Assembly: GCA_035524255.1 (NCBI GenBank)
Contig: DATKPG010000007.1
Location: 3,270 to 67,269, forward strand
Length of the DNA: 64,000 nucleotides
Direction of reading: 5' to 3'
Origin: Smithella sp.
GTDB taxonomy: Bacteria > Desulfobacterota > Syntrophia > Syntrophales > Smithellaceae
A model generated the notes under the pieces. The model saw only the letters and a list, made by a program, of their open reading frames with translations, ran no database searches and was not told where the DNA came from. Below are positions 45,588 through 54,929 of this stretch, piece by piece. How positions within the stretch are numbered: position 1 is the first letter of the stretch; every line of letters starts with the position of its first letter. The translations under genes and the position numbers were made by a program.

Positions 45588-46671
45588 AGGGACACCCTTA
45601 AATAATTAAGTTGACAGATTAGTCGGTTTCAGACATAAGATAACGCATGCCGAGATCAGCACGAATAGACGCGCCGGGCGCCCTTCATCATATTATGATC
45701 CGGGGAATGGAGCGCAAACAGATATTTCGGGACAACAGCGACCGGGAAGACTTTCTGGTGCGACTGGAGAAACTTCTGCCTGCAACTCAGACATCCTGTT
45801 TTGCCTGGGCTATGATTCCCAATCATGCCCATTTTCTCTTCCGCACCGGTAACGTTCCTGTCGTCACCCTGATGAGCAGACTTCTGACCGGTTACGCCAT
45901 GCATTTTAATATGCGGCACAAACGGAGCGGCCGGCTTTTTCAGAATCGTTACAAATCCATCCTCTGCCAGGAAGATACTTATTTGACTGAACTGGTGCGA
46001 TACATACACTTGAATCCGCTCAGGGCCGGACTAGTAAAGACGATGGGTGAGTTGAATCGCTATGCCTACTGCGGCCACAGTGTTCTCATGGGGAATAAAA
46101 AGCGGGACTGGCAGGATACAGATTATGTGCTGAATTATTTCGGAAAACATCGCGCTGGGGCAATCAGGCATTACAATGAATTTGTCACAGCGGGAATCGA
46201 GCAGGGACGTCGCACCGACTTAACCGGCGGAGGACTTATCCGCAGTCTGGGCGGGTGGAAAGCAATCAACAAGAGAGAATTAACAGATACGTTCATGAAG
46301 AGTGATGAGCGGATTTTGGGCGATAGTGATTTTGTAGACGAGGTGCTTTCTTCGGCAAATGAAAAATACGAACGTTTTCATAAAATAAAGCGTTTAGGTT
46401 ACGATATCGATAAGACTGCCGCACGTGCCGCAGGTGTTTGCGGAATTGCACCAGAGGACATCTTTTCCAGAAGCAGACAGAAAACAAAAGTCAGGGCAAG
46501 AAGTGTTTTTTGTTACTGGGCATCCCGGGAATTGGGCATTTCCTATGCAGAGTTGGCCCGACGACTGGATATCAGCATGCCGGCGGTCAGTTATTCGGTT
46601 GATCGTGGAGAGAAAATTGTGAAAGAACAGGGGTATAAACTTCCAGATACTTAAATACTTAAGGGTGTCCC
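45588..46671 (+). mobile_element. Compact Y1(HUH)-transposase-like unit bracketed by 24-bp inverted repeats (RAYT/REP-style)
   Basis: Left AGGGACACCCTTAAATAATTAAGT (45588-45611). The reverse complement of the right copy (46648-46671) is AGGGACACCCTTAAGTATTTAAGT, so 22/24 match. The core GGGACACCCTTAA is perfect. The right repeat overlaps the stop codon. Confidence 0.6.
45647..46654 (+). CDS. IS200/RAYT-like Y1 (HUH) transposase-family protein with C-terminal DnaA-C-like HTH
   Basis: 335 aa with 'GALHHIMIRG', HUH 'PNHAHFLF', 'FQNRYKS' and catalytic-Tyr context 'LVRYIHLNPLRAGLV'. C-terminal 'RSVFCYWASRELGISYAELARRLDISMPAVSYSV'. Confidence 0.8.
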   Translation: MPRSARIDAPGALHHIMIRGMERKQIFRDNSDREDFLVRLEKLLPATQTSCFAWAMIPNHAHFLFRTGNVPVVTLMSRLLTGYAMHFNMRHKRSGRLFQNRYKSILCQEDTYLTELVRYIHLNPLRAGLVKTMGELNRYAYCGHSVLMGNKKRDWQDTDYVLNYFGKHRAGAIRHYNEFVTAGIEQGRRTDLTGGGLIRSLGGWKAINKRELTDTFMKSDERILGDSDFVDEVLSSANEKYERFHKIKRLGYDIDKTAARAAGVCGIAPEDIFSRSRQKTKVRARSVFCYWASRELGISYAELARRLDISMPAVSYSVDRGEKIVKEQGYKLPDT

Positions 46672-46746
46672 TTTAACTGTTTTTAATCGAATCCTTTTTC
46701 GAGCCTGACTGGAATAATAGGCCGCTGTCCCTGTTATCCCAATCCC

Positions 46747-47565
46747 TTATTTGAAGCTGTGTTCGGCGTCCGGGAAGGCGCCTGTTTTTACTTCCTGGAT
46801 GTAACTCTTCACGGCGTCTCTGATTTGCGGGTTCAGATTGGCATATTTTTTTACAAACTTCGGCGTCATTTTATCGTACATTCCCAGCATGTCGTTTACG
46901 ACCAGAACCTGTCCGTCGCACTGCACGCCGGCTCCGATGCCGATGGTGGGGATGGACAGCGCGCCGGTAATTTCCCCGGCCAGTTTCTCCGGCACGCATT
47001 CCAGCACCACCGAAAAAGCGCCCGCTTCTTCCAGGGCCATGGCGTCCTGCATCATCTTTTGGGCCGCGTCTTCTTTTTTGCCCTGCACTTTAAAACCGCC
47101 CAACTGGTGGATCGATTGCGGCGTCAACCCCAGATGCGCCATAACGGGAATTCCCGCCTGGGTGATTTTGCGGACGGTTTCAGCCTGTTCAATGCCCCCT
47201 TCGAGTTTAACGGCCTGCGCGTCGGCTTCTTTTAAAAAGCGTCCGGCATTGGCAACCGCCGTCTCCGGAGAAACATGATACGATAAAAACGGCATATCCG
47301 CGACAATCATCGATTTATGCGCGCCGCGCGCCACCGCCTTCGTGTGATGCAGCATATCTTCCATGGTGACAGGCAGGGTCGTGTCGTAACCCAGAACAAC
47401 GTTGCCCAGCGAATCGCCGACCAGGATGATGTCGATGTCGCATTCGTCGAGGATTGAGGCTATACCGTAATCATAAGCCGTCAACATGGAGATTTTTTCT
47501 CCCTGCGTTTTCATTTTTTTAATGTCGAGAATGGTTTTCCGGGTGATTTTAGTTTGAGCGCTCAT
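46747..47565 (-). CDS. panB: 3-methyl-2-oxobutanoate hydroxymethyltransferase
   Basis: 272 aa with 'MLTAYDY', 'ILVGDSLGNVVLGYDTTLPVTMEDMLHHTKAV' and 'VKLEGG'. Confidence 0.93.
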   Translation of the reverse strand: MSAQTKITRKTILDIKKMKTQGEKISMLTAYDYGIASILDECDIDIILVGDSLGNVVLGYDTTLPVTMEDMLHHTKAVARGAHKSMIVADMPFLSYHVSPETAVANAGRFLKEADAQAVKLEGGIEQAETVRKITQAGIPVMAHLGLTPQSIHQLGGFKVQGKKEDAAQKMMQDAMALEEAGAFSVVLECVPEKLAGEITGALSIPTIGIGAGVQCDGQVLVVNDMLGMYDKMTPKFVKKYANLNPQIRDAVKSYIQEVKTGAFPDAEHSFK

Positions 47566-48452
47566 GATTTTTTATCTCCTTTCAAGATAGCGTTGATTTT
47601 TTTCGCCCCCGCGGCGCTCAGCGTTCCTTTCTGACGCGCGATCTTAACGGTTGTTAATCCCAGCGACGCGTACAGCGAAGAATACTGCGGCAGATTTTTA
47701 TGAAGGGCCGTGACATGTTTTTTTATCGTGCCCGCATCGCCGCGGGCGATGGGGCCTGTCAGGGATGAAACCGAACCTGACTTTTCTATATTTTTCAGAC
47801 AGCCGTAAACCAGAGGCAGAAACGCCGCCCTGGCGTCTTTTTCATTTAATCCGATGGCCTGATAAATGGATTCAACCACATTCATCAAAGACACCAGATA
47901 ATTGGAAGCAAAGCACGCGGCCGCGTGATAAAGCGGTTTTTGTTCAGGGGAAATGACAAGAGGAATCCCTCCCAAATCGCGGACGATATTTTTCGCGGAG
48001 CCTTCAGCTTTTTTATCCGCCGTCACTCCGAAGTAACTGCCGGGAATATTTCCAATCGCCTGATCGATGGATGAAAAACTCTGCAGGGGATGAATGCTGG
48101 CGACCGAAGCGCCCGCATTTTGCGCGGGCGCCAGTAAATCCAGACCGCCCGCGCCGCTCATGTGGAAAACGAATTTTCCTTTTATATCGGCTGCGGCGGC
48201 GATTTCCCCGCAGGCTGATAAAATAAGGTCGTCGGGAGTGGTTATTAAAACGCCGTCGGCATTTTGCAGAGCCTCGCGGAGGGTGGGGGAAGCTTTTGCC
48301 CCGATATAGGAATGCGCTCTTTTTGCGGCGGCGGAGGATTTGTCGTAAACAGATACGACTTTATAGCCGGATTTATTCAGAAGGAAACCGATTGCCGTTC
48401 CCACCATGCCGGTCCCGATGATGGCAAAGTTATTCAAGCGCCGTTTTTTCAT
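47562..48452 (-). CDS. Rossmann-fold NAD(P)-binding oxidoreductase coupled to panB (possible PanG-type ketopantoate reductase)
   Basis: 'NFAIIGTGMVGTAIGFLL' dinucleotide-binding motif. The stop overlaps the panB start (ATGA). I prefer ATG 48452 (MKKRRLNN...) over the listed 48551. Confidence 0.6.
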   Translation of the reverse strand: MKKRRLNNFAIIGTGMVGTAIGFLLNKSGYKVVSVYDKSSAAAKRAHSYIGAKASPTLREALQNADGVLITTPDDLILSACGEIAAAADIKGKFVFHMSGAGGLDLLAPAQNAGASVASIHPLQSFSSIDQAIGNIPGSYFGVTADKKAEGSAKNIVRDLGGIPLVISPEQKPLYHAAACFASNYLVSLMNVVESIYQAIGLNEKDARAAFLPLVYGCLKNIEKSGSVSSLTGPIARGDAGTIKKHVTALHKNLPQYSSLYASLGLTTVKIARQKGTLSAAGAKKINAILKGDKKS

Positions 48453-48778
48453 AATCAAACCACGGGCATCTTCAAAATTTTCCGCCCCGCAAATATTACA
48501 ATCCCGTGCCGGTAATATCTGCGTCCCGAAAATAAAAAAGGCCTTCCGCAAAATAGTAGAAGACCTTTGTTCGACATTTTATTTAACAACTATACCGTCT
48601 CAGTCGAGTAAAAGGGATCCAAGCGGTTTCGTTATATGTAGCACCGGGCGGACATTTAGTCAAACAATATTTGATTTTATGGCCGCACAATTATATAAAA
48701 GACCAATTCTGAAGGAAGTTTTCGCCCAAAATGCGCTCTGGCAAACTGCCCTGCATGCTATAATAAAAAGGTGAGTTG

Positions 48779-49423
48779 ATGAAAGAACTGGATTTAATGA
48801 TATTTGATTTTGACGGCACCCTTGTCACAACAGGCACCGATCTGGCCTTAAGCATTAATCATACATTGGAGGCGCTGGGCCTTGAAAAAAAACCGGAAAA
48901 GGAGATTATCAGTTTTGTCGGCGACGGCATAGCCACGCTGATTCAAAGGGCGCTGGGGCCGGATCATGTTCAATTTCAGGATCAGGCCCTGATCATCTTT
49001 GTCGATTATTACAGCAAGCATCTTCTGGATAACGCGGCATTGTATCCGCACGTGGAAGACGTCCTGAAGCATTTTGAAAATAAAACAAAAGTTATTCTCA
49101 CCAACAAAAGTTATGATTTTACGATGATGATAGTCAGGCGATTAAATATCGAAAAATATTTTACGGAAATCGTCGGCATCGATTCCACGCCCTTTGCGAA
49201 ACCGGATGGCCGCGTCATTGACTATCTGCTAAATAAGTATGGAGTTGTTAAGGAAAAGGCGCTGATGACAGGCGACGGCAAAAATGATATTCTGGTTGCC
49301 AGAAATTCCGGAATACTAAGCATGGCTTATTTAAACGGCTTGGGCGGCAGGGAGGATTTGCTGAATCTTCATGCCGATTATTATTGCGAGGATCTTCTGG
49401 AGATCAATTCTTTATTTAATTAA
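48779..49423 (+). CDS. HAD-superfamily phosphatase (phosphoglycolate phosphatase-like)
   Basis: 'LMIFDFDGTLV' (DxD motif I), 'ILTNKS' (motif II) and 'GDGKNDILVARNSG' (motif III/IV). Confidence 0.85.
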   Translation: MKELDLMIFDFDGTLVTTGTDLALSINHTLEALGLEKKPEKEIISFVGDGIATLIQRALGPDHVQFQDQALIIFVDYYSKHLLDNAALYPHVEDVLKHFENKTKVILTNKSYDFTMMIVRRLNIEKYFTEIVGIDSTPFAKPDGRVIDYLLNKYGVVKEKALMTGDGKNDILVARNSGILSMAYLNGLGGREDLLNLHADYYCEDLLEINSLFN

Positions 49424-50805
49424 TGATGATTAAAAAAGTCCGCAAAACTATCGAAAAATATCAACTGCTTGCGCGGGGCGAGCGGGTTGTTGTGGCTCTC
49501 TCCGGCGGGCCCGATTCCACGGCGCTTCTGGCGGCTCTGGCCTCCATGGCTGAAGAACTGGATATTAACCTGATCGCCGCGCATTTCAATCATGGATTGC
49601 GGGGCGCCGAATCCGATGAGGATGAAAAATTCTCCCGCGATTTGGCCGAGGGTCTGGGGCTGATTTTCTGCACCGCGAAAATGGAGCGGAATAACCATAA
49701 AAAGGGAATTTCGCCCGAAGATTTTTACCGGCGGGAAAGATATGCTTTCTTAAATCAAGTTGCCGCTGATTATCAGGCGCAAAAAATCGCGCTGGGGCAT
49801 AATCTGCAGGATCAGGCCGAAACGGTTCTGCTCAATCTTTTACGCGGCAGCGGCCTCGAGGGCCTCAAAGGTATTTTACCCAAACGAGACGGCAATATTA
49901 TCCGGCCGCTGATTGAAACCTCCCGGCGGGAGATCATTGGTTACCTGAATAAAGCCGGTATTTCATATCGCGAGGATAGTTCCAACAAAAGCAAAATGTA
50001 CCTGCGGAATCAAATCAGGACTGACCTGATTCCGTATCTGAAAGAAAAGTATAATCCCAAAATCGAAGAAAATCTGGCCCAAATGGCGGAAATACTGCGC
50101 GCGGAAGATGAATTCATCAGGCAGCACACGGTCCAGGCCCTGCAATCGTCGTTTATTCAAAAACAGCCAAATCGTGTTTTATTAAATATAGCGTATATCA
50201 ATAAATTGCCTTCTGCCGTAAGACTTCGGTTATTTAAAACAATTTTAGAGGATTTCAGTCCCGAAAAAAACGGATTCTCCTATATCCATATAAAATCACT
50301 GGATAATTTATCGAAAATGAACGGATCGGGCAAAAGGCTAATCTTGCCTCTGGGGATTGAAATAAGGCGCGAATATGAGAATTTAATTATCGAGCGCAAA
50401 AAAGCCCGGATAAAACAGACTCTGTATGAATATCCCATGACTATTCCGGGATCGGTTCATGTAAAAGAGAGAAATGTTACCCTCCGCGCGGAACTCACGC
50501 CAAGAAAAGGTATTGATTTAAAAAGCAAAAATGAAGTTTATCTGGATTTGGATAAAATTCAGCAGCCTGTAGTGGTACGCAACAGAAGGGATGGGGATAG
50601 ATTTCAGCCCCTCGGCATGGCGGGACGGCAAAAAATTAAAGATTTTTTCATCGACCGCAAAATTCCCCAAGGCAAACGTAATGATATCATGCTGCTTGCG
50701 GATCGTGTTTCTGTAATATGGATTGAAAATATGCATTTAAACGACCGGGTCAAAATAACCAAAGATACAAAAAACGTTCTGAAACTGGAAATTACGAACC
50801 CGTAA
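49423..50805 (+). CDS. tilS: tRNA(Ile)-lysidine synthetase
   Basis: 460 aa with PP-loop 'VVVALSGGPDSTALL', 'HFNHGLRG' and the C-terminal TilS substrate-binding region 'VRNRRDGDRFQPLGM..RQKIKDFFID'. Confidence 0.92.
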   Translation: MMIKKVRKTIEKYQLLARGERVVVALSGGPDSTALLAALASMAEELDINLIAAHFNHGLRGAESDEDEKFSRDLAEGLGLIFCTAKMERNNHKKGISPEDFYRRERYAFLNQVAADYQAQKIALGHNLQDQAETVLLNLLRGSGLEGLKGILPKRDGNIIRPLIETSRREIIGYLNKAGISYREDSSNKSKMYLRNQIRTDLIPYLKEKYNPKIEENLAQMAEILRAEDEFIRQHTVQALQSSFIQKQPNRVLLNIAYINKLPSAVRLRLFKTILEDFSPEKNGFSYIHIKSLDNLSKMNGSGKRLILPLGIEIRREYENLIIERKKARIKQTLYEYPMTIPGSVHVKERNVTLRAELTPRKGIDLKSKNEVYLDLDKIQQPVVVRNRRDGDRFQPLGMAGRQKIKDFFIDRKIPQGKRNDIMLLADRVSVIWIENMHLNDRVKITKDTKNVLKLEITNP

Positions 50806-50946
50806 ATACCGGCAAATTTGCATTGTTTTATACGTAATATTATTATAAAGGCTATATAAATTAGCTTTTTACTGATGACATTATCCGCTTCATGGTTATC
50901 TTATAGAAGCAAAACGACTTATAAGGATACATAAAGGAGAAAAACA

Positions 50947-52767
50947 TTGAATCAGTTCCAGAAAAACATAGCTCTTGTTCTCACGGTCGCGCTAGTGGGC
51001 CTGCTTGTCTGGCAACTCTATAACCAGCCCAAAGCCGGGACAAAAGAAATAATTTACAGCGATATGACGTCCTATCTGGATAAAGGCGAAATCAGTGAAG
51101 TAACCATTCAGGGCGACAGCATTACCGGAAAATTCACAAACGGCAATCTTTTTAAGACATTCGCTCCCAAAGACGATAAACTGGTGGCGCAGTTCAGGGA
51201 AAAAGGCGTCAAGATTACGGCCAAACCCAACGATGATTCGCCCTGGATTACGGTTTTGATTTCGTGGGTTCCGATGATTCTTTTGATAGGCGTCTGGATA
51301 TTTTTTATGCGCCAGATGCAATCCGGCGGAGGCAAAGCCATGGCCTTCGGCAAGAGCAGGGCGCGTTTGATGACCGATAAAACCAAGCGGGTCACGTTTG
51401 CCGACGTAGCCGGCATCGATGAGGCCAAGGCCGAGCTCGAAGAGATTATCGATTTTTTAAGGGATCCTAAAAAATACACAAAACTCGGCGGCAGAATTCC
51501 CAAGGGACTTCTGCTTGTCGGCCCTCCCGGCACGGGTAAAACACTATTGGCGCGCGCCATAGCCGGTGAGGCGGAGGTACCGTTTCTCAGCATCAGCGGA
51601 TCGGATTTTGTGGAAATGTTTGTCGGCGTCGGAGCGTCCCGCGTGCGGGATCTTTTCAGCCAGGCCAAAAAGAACGCCCCCTGCATCGTTTTTATCGACG
51701 AAATCGACGCGGTGGGACGTCACCGCGGCGCGGGTTTAGGCGGCGGTCATGATGAAAGGGAACAAACGCTCAATCAATTGCTTGTGGAGATGGACGGATT
51801 CGAATCCAACGAAGGCGTGATTTTAATTTCCGCGACCAACCGCCCCGATGTTCTTGATCCGGCGCTTCTGCGTCCGGGCCGGTTTGACAGGCAGGTTATC
51901 GTGCCGCTGCCCGATGTAAAAGGCAGGGAAAAAATATTTGAAGTTCACGCGCGCAAAGCGCCGATTGACACGGACGTTGATTTTTCGGTTCTGGCGCGGG
52001 GAACGCCCGGCACTTCCGGAGCCGATATCGAAAATCTGATTAACGAAGCCGTGCTCAACGCGGCCCGCGCCAATAAAGAAAAAGTCAACATGAGCGATTT
52101 CGAGTTCGCCAAAGACAAGATTTTAATGGGCACGGAAAGAAAAAGCATGGTGATCAGCGATGAAGAAAAACGCAACACCTCTTATCATGAAACAGGCCAC
52201 GCTCTGGTCGCGCGCCTGATGCCGGGAACCGATCCGATTCACAAGGTGACCATTATTCCCCGCGGCAGGGCGCTGGGCTTAACCCAGCAGCTGCCGATTG
52301 ACGAAAAGCATACCTATCCCCGCGAGTATCTGGAAAACAACATCGCTATCTTGCTGGGCGGACGCGCCGCCGAAGATATCGTTTTGCATGATTTCACCAC
52401 CGGCGCGGGCAATGATATCGAACGGGCGACCAATCTGGCCCGGAAGATGGTCTGTGAGTGGGGCATGAGCGAAGTCATGGGACCGCTGAGTTACGGCAAA
52501 AAAGAAGAGCAGATTTTCCTGGGACGTGAATTTGCCACGCACAAGGATTACAGTGAAGAAACGGCAAAAAAAATTGACGAGGAAGTTGTTTCCATCGTCA
52601 AGACAAACTATGAAAAAGCGAAAAAGCTCATCAATGACCACATAGAAATCCTGCATAAGATTGCCGGGGAACTTCTCGAAAAGGAAGTTTTAAACGGAGT
52701 GGAAATAGACGCCATCATCGGCGATGCTTTGCCCGAATTTAACCGGGCTGAAAAAGCATTGGCTTAA
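50947..52767 (+). CDS. ftsH: ATP-dependent zinc metalloprotease FtsH
   Basis: 606 aa with two TMs, '[11 protein letters not shown]', 'IVFIDEIDA', SRH '[19 protein letters not shown]' and 'HETGHAL'. TTG start after AGGAG. Confidence 0.95.
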   Translation: MNQFQKNIALVLTVALVGLLVWQLYNQPKAGTKEIIYSDMTSYLDKGEISEVTIQGDSITGKFTNGNLFKTFAPKDDKLVAQFREKGVKITAKPNDDSPWITVLISWVPMILLIGVWIFFMRQMQSGGGKAMAFGKSRARLMTDKTKRVTFADVAGIDEAKAELEEIIDFLRDPKKYTKLGGRIPKGLLLVGPPGTGKTLLARAIAGEAEVPFLSISGSDFVEMFVGVGASRVRDLFSQAKKNAPCIVFIDEIDAVGRHRGAGLGGGHDEREQTLNQLLVEMDGFESNEGVILISATNRPDVLDPALLRPGRFDRQVIVPLPDVKGREKIFEVHARKAPIDTDVDFSVLARGTPGTSGADIENLINEAVLNAARANKEKVNMSDFEFAKDKILMGTERKSMVISDEEKRNTSYHETGHALVARLMPGTDPIHKVTIIPRGRALGLTQQLPIDEKHTYPREYLENNIAILLGGRAAEDIVLHDFTTGAGNDIERATNLARKMVCEWGMSEVMGPLSYGKKEEQIFLGREFATHKDYSEETAKKIDEEVVSIVKTNYEKAKKLINDHIEILHKIAGELLEKEVLNGVEIDAIIGDALPEFNRAEKALA

Positions 52768-52826
52768 CGACTTCATTTTTCTTCTTAAAAGATATTTATT
52801 TTCACTTTTTATATCGGTGTTGCCGC

Positions 52827-54035
52827 GTGAGAACCATCAAAATTAATAATCCGGAAGACGCTTCGGCGATCTTCAGAAAAATAGGCGTTGATCCTTACGG
52901 GATTGACGCTATGGCGCGAAAAACTATTAACGTTAACCTGCTGCTGGAGAAACAACCCTGCAAAATTGCGAACATCATCAAGCAGGAAATGCTCTCCATC
53001 GGCGGGGACGCCGCCGTCGCCCGCGGCAGCGTTGCCTGCAGTGTGCCCGCGAGCGATATTTTAATTATGGGCACGGTAAAGCAGATCATCGCCCTGGCTA
53101 AAAAAATCGAGAAACAGCCCTTCGGCCTCAACCTTATCGCCCGTGAAATCTTTGATACATTAAAAAACATACACATGAGCGTTTATGTCTGGAGGACATC
53201 CCGCCGCAAAATAATTCTGGGCGGAAAAACAGCGGTGATGGGCATTTTAAATGTGACTCCCGATTCGTTTTCCGACAGCGGCCAATATTTTCCGCCCCAA
53301 AAGGCCATTGATCATGGACTTCGCATGGCGGACGAGGGGGCGGATATGATTGACATCGGCGGCGAATCCACGCGGCCGGGTTCGCGCTCTGTCCCGGCTA
53401 AGACTGAATTAAAAAGAGTGCTTCCCGTCATTGAAGGTCTGGCTAAAAAAATAAAGATACCCCTGTCGGTTGATACCAAAAAAGCGGAAGTCGCGAGGCT
53501 TGCCGTTGATTTCGGCGCGGAAATCATCAACGACATAAGCGCCCTGAAAGGCGACAAAAATATGGCCGAAGCTGTAAAGAGCACGCGCGCGGCGGTCATC
53601 CTTATGCATATGCGGGGCAAACCCAAAAACATGCAAAAGGGCGATCTGGCGTATGATGATCTGATGGGGGAAATTTCGGATTGCTTAAAACAGGGCTGTG
53701 AAAAAGCTCTGAAGGCCGGTATAGAAAAAGACCGCATCGCCATCGATCCCGGAATCGGATTTGGAAAAACGCCCGAGGACAATTATAAAATTATCAGGGA
53801 TCTTTGTGAATTAAAGGCGCTGGGGATGCCGATACTGATCGGAACATCCCGGAAATCTTTTATCGGAAAGATAACCGGCGGCGAACCGGATGAAAGAATG
53901 GAAGGCACTGCGGCGACGGTGGCCGCGGCCATCATGAACGGCTGCCATATTATCCGGGTGCATGACGTCGCGGCCATGAAAAAAGTTGCCGCCGTCACGG
54001 ACGCCATTGTTCACGCGGCGCGGGTGAAATCATGA
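52827..54035 (+). CDS. folP: Dihydropteroate synthase with ~125-aa N-terminal extension
   Basis: 402 aa with 'VMGILNVTPDSFSDSG', 'DIGGESTRPG', 'IINDISA' and 'GTSRKSFIG'. Residues 1-125 lie upstream of the pterin-binding barrel. Confidence 0.9.
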   Translation: MRTIKINNPEDASAIFRKIGVDPYGIDAMARKTINVNLLLEKQPCKIANIIKQEMLSIGGDAAVARGSVACSVPASDILIMGTVKQIIALAKKIEKQPFGLNLIAREIFDTLKNIHMSVYVWRTSRRKIILGGKTAVMGILNVTPDSFSDSGQYFPPQKAIDHGLRMADEGADMIDIGGESTRPGSRSVPAKTELKRVLPVIEGLAKKIKIPLSVDTKKAEVARLAVDFGAEIINDISALKGDKNMAEAVKSTRAAVILMHMRGKPKNMQKGDLAYDDLMGEISDCLKQGCEKALKAGIEKDRIAIDPGIGFGKTPEDNYKIIRDLCELKALGMPILIGTSRKSFIGKITGGEPDERMEGTAATVAAAIMNGCHIIRVHDVAAMKKVAAVTDAIVHAARVKS

Positions 54036-54412
54036 TTTACGGCATTGGAATAGACCTTGTTGAAAACAGCCGTCTGGATAAAATCATCGCCAAATGGGGT
54101 CCGAAATTTTTAGACAGAATTTATTCCGAAGGGGAAATTCAGTACTGCGGGAGGCACGCGCAAGCATCACCGCATTACGGAGCCAGATTCGCGGCCAAGG
54201 AATCTTTTTTGAAAGCCCTGGGTCTTGGCCTGGGCATGGGCGTTCATTTAAATGATATTGAAGTTGTGCGTGATGAAAACGGCAAGCCCGCTTTGTCGCT
54301 TTACGGGGAAGCGAAAGCTCAGATTAAAAAAAGAAAGATTACAAAAATTCATTTGAGTTTGACGCATACGAAAAAATACGCTACAGCTTTGGTTGTGCTG
54401 GAGACAAAATAA
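54032..54412 (+). CDS. acpS: Holo-[acyl-carrier-protein] synthase
   Basis: 126 aa with 'MIYGIGIDLVE', 'FAAKESFLKALG' and 'SLTHT'. Start overlaps the folP stop. Confidence 0.92.
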   Translation: MIYGIGIDLVENSRLDKIIAKWGPKFLDRIYSEGEIQYCGRHAQASPHYGARFAAKESFLKALGLGLGMGVHLNDIEVVRDENGKPALSLYGEAKAQIKKRKITKIHLSLTHTKKYATALVVLETK

Positions 54413-54439
54413 ATACTAAGCCCATAGCCGCTTTGTTAG

Positions 54440-54928
54440 ATGACTAAGAAAAAGACAAAGATTGAAATTATAACCGATAGCGCCGCAAAGACGTCAGATA
54501 CAGCCTGCCTGATCGGCGGGCGGTTGAAAAAAGGCGATATCCTGGCGTTATCGGGGGAACTTGGTTCCGGCAAGACCTGCTTTACCGGGGGGCTCGCTCG
54601 CGGCCTGGGAGTGGATGAAAAATACCGGATTACGAGCCCGACGTTTACCCTGATTAATGAATATCCGGCAAGGTGTAAGCTTTATCACTTCGATGTCTAC
54701 CGGCTGAAAGACTATTCCGAATTCGAAGATCTGGGCTACGAGGAATATTTTGGGGGCAGCGGCGTTGCCGTCATCGAATGGGCGGAAAAAATCGCCAGGG
54801 TTTTGCCGCCGGACGCTTTATTTATAAATTTTGAATATCTGGATGAAAATAAAAGAAGAATCATCATTCAAGGACCGGAAAAAAGGTTACGGGAAGTAAC
54901 AGAAGATATAAAAATGGAGGTTGTTTAA
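54440..54928 (+). CDS. tsaE: tRNA t6A biosynthesis ATPase TsaE
   Basis: 162 aa with 'LSGELGSGKTCFTGGLARGLG', 'SPTFTLINEY' and 'YHFDVYRL'. Confidence 0.9.
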   Translation: MTKKKTKIEIITDSAAKTSDTACLIGGRLKKGDILALSGELGSGKTCFTGGLARGLGVDEKYRITSPTFTLINEYPARCKLYHFDVYRLKDYSEFEDLGYEEYFGGSGVAVIEWAEKIARVLPPDALFINFEYLDENKRRIIIQGPEKRLREVTEDIKMEVV

Positions 54929-54929
54929 G

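Noticed and set aside
48735-48763. Sigma-54-like TGGCAA-N-CTGCA motif and TATAAT upstream of the HAD phosphatase gene
   Set aside because: The GG-to-GC spacing is one nt longer than the sigma-54 consensus. The TATAAT has no acceptable -35 at 16-18 nt. Too weak to report as a feature.
51108-51686. 192-aa minus-strand ORF inside ftsH, and similar ORFs inside folP, pilC and lysC (53312-53782, 13713-14114, 55686-56216)
   Set aside because: All are antisense to confidently identified housekeeping or pilus genes and have no motifs.
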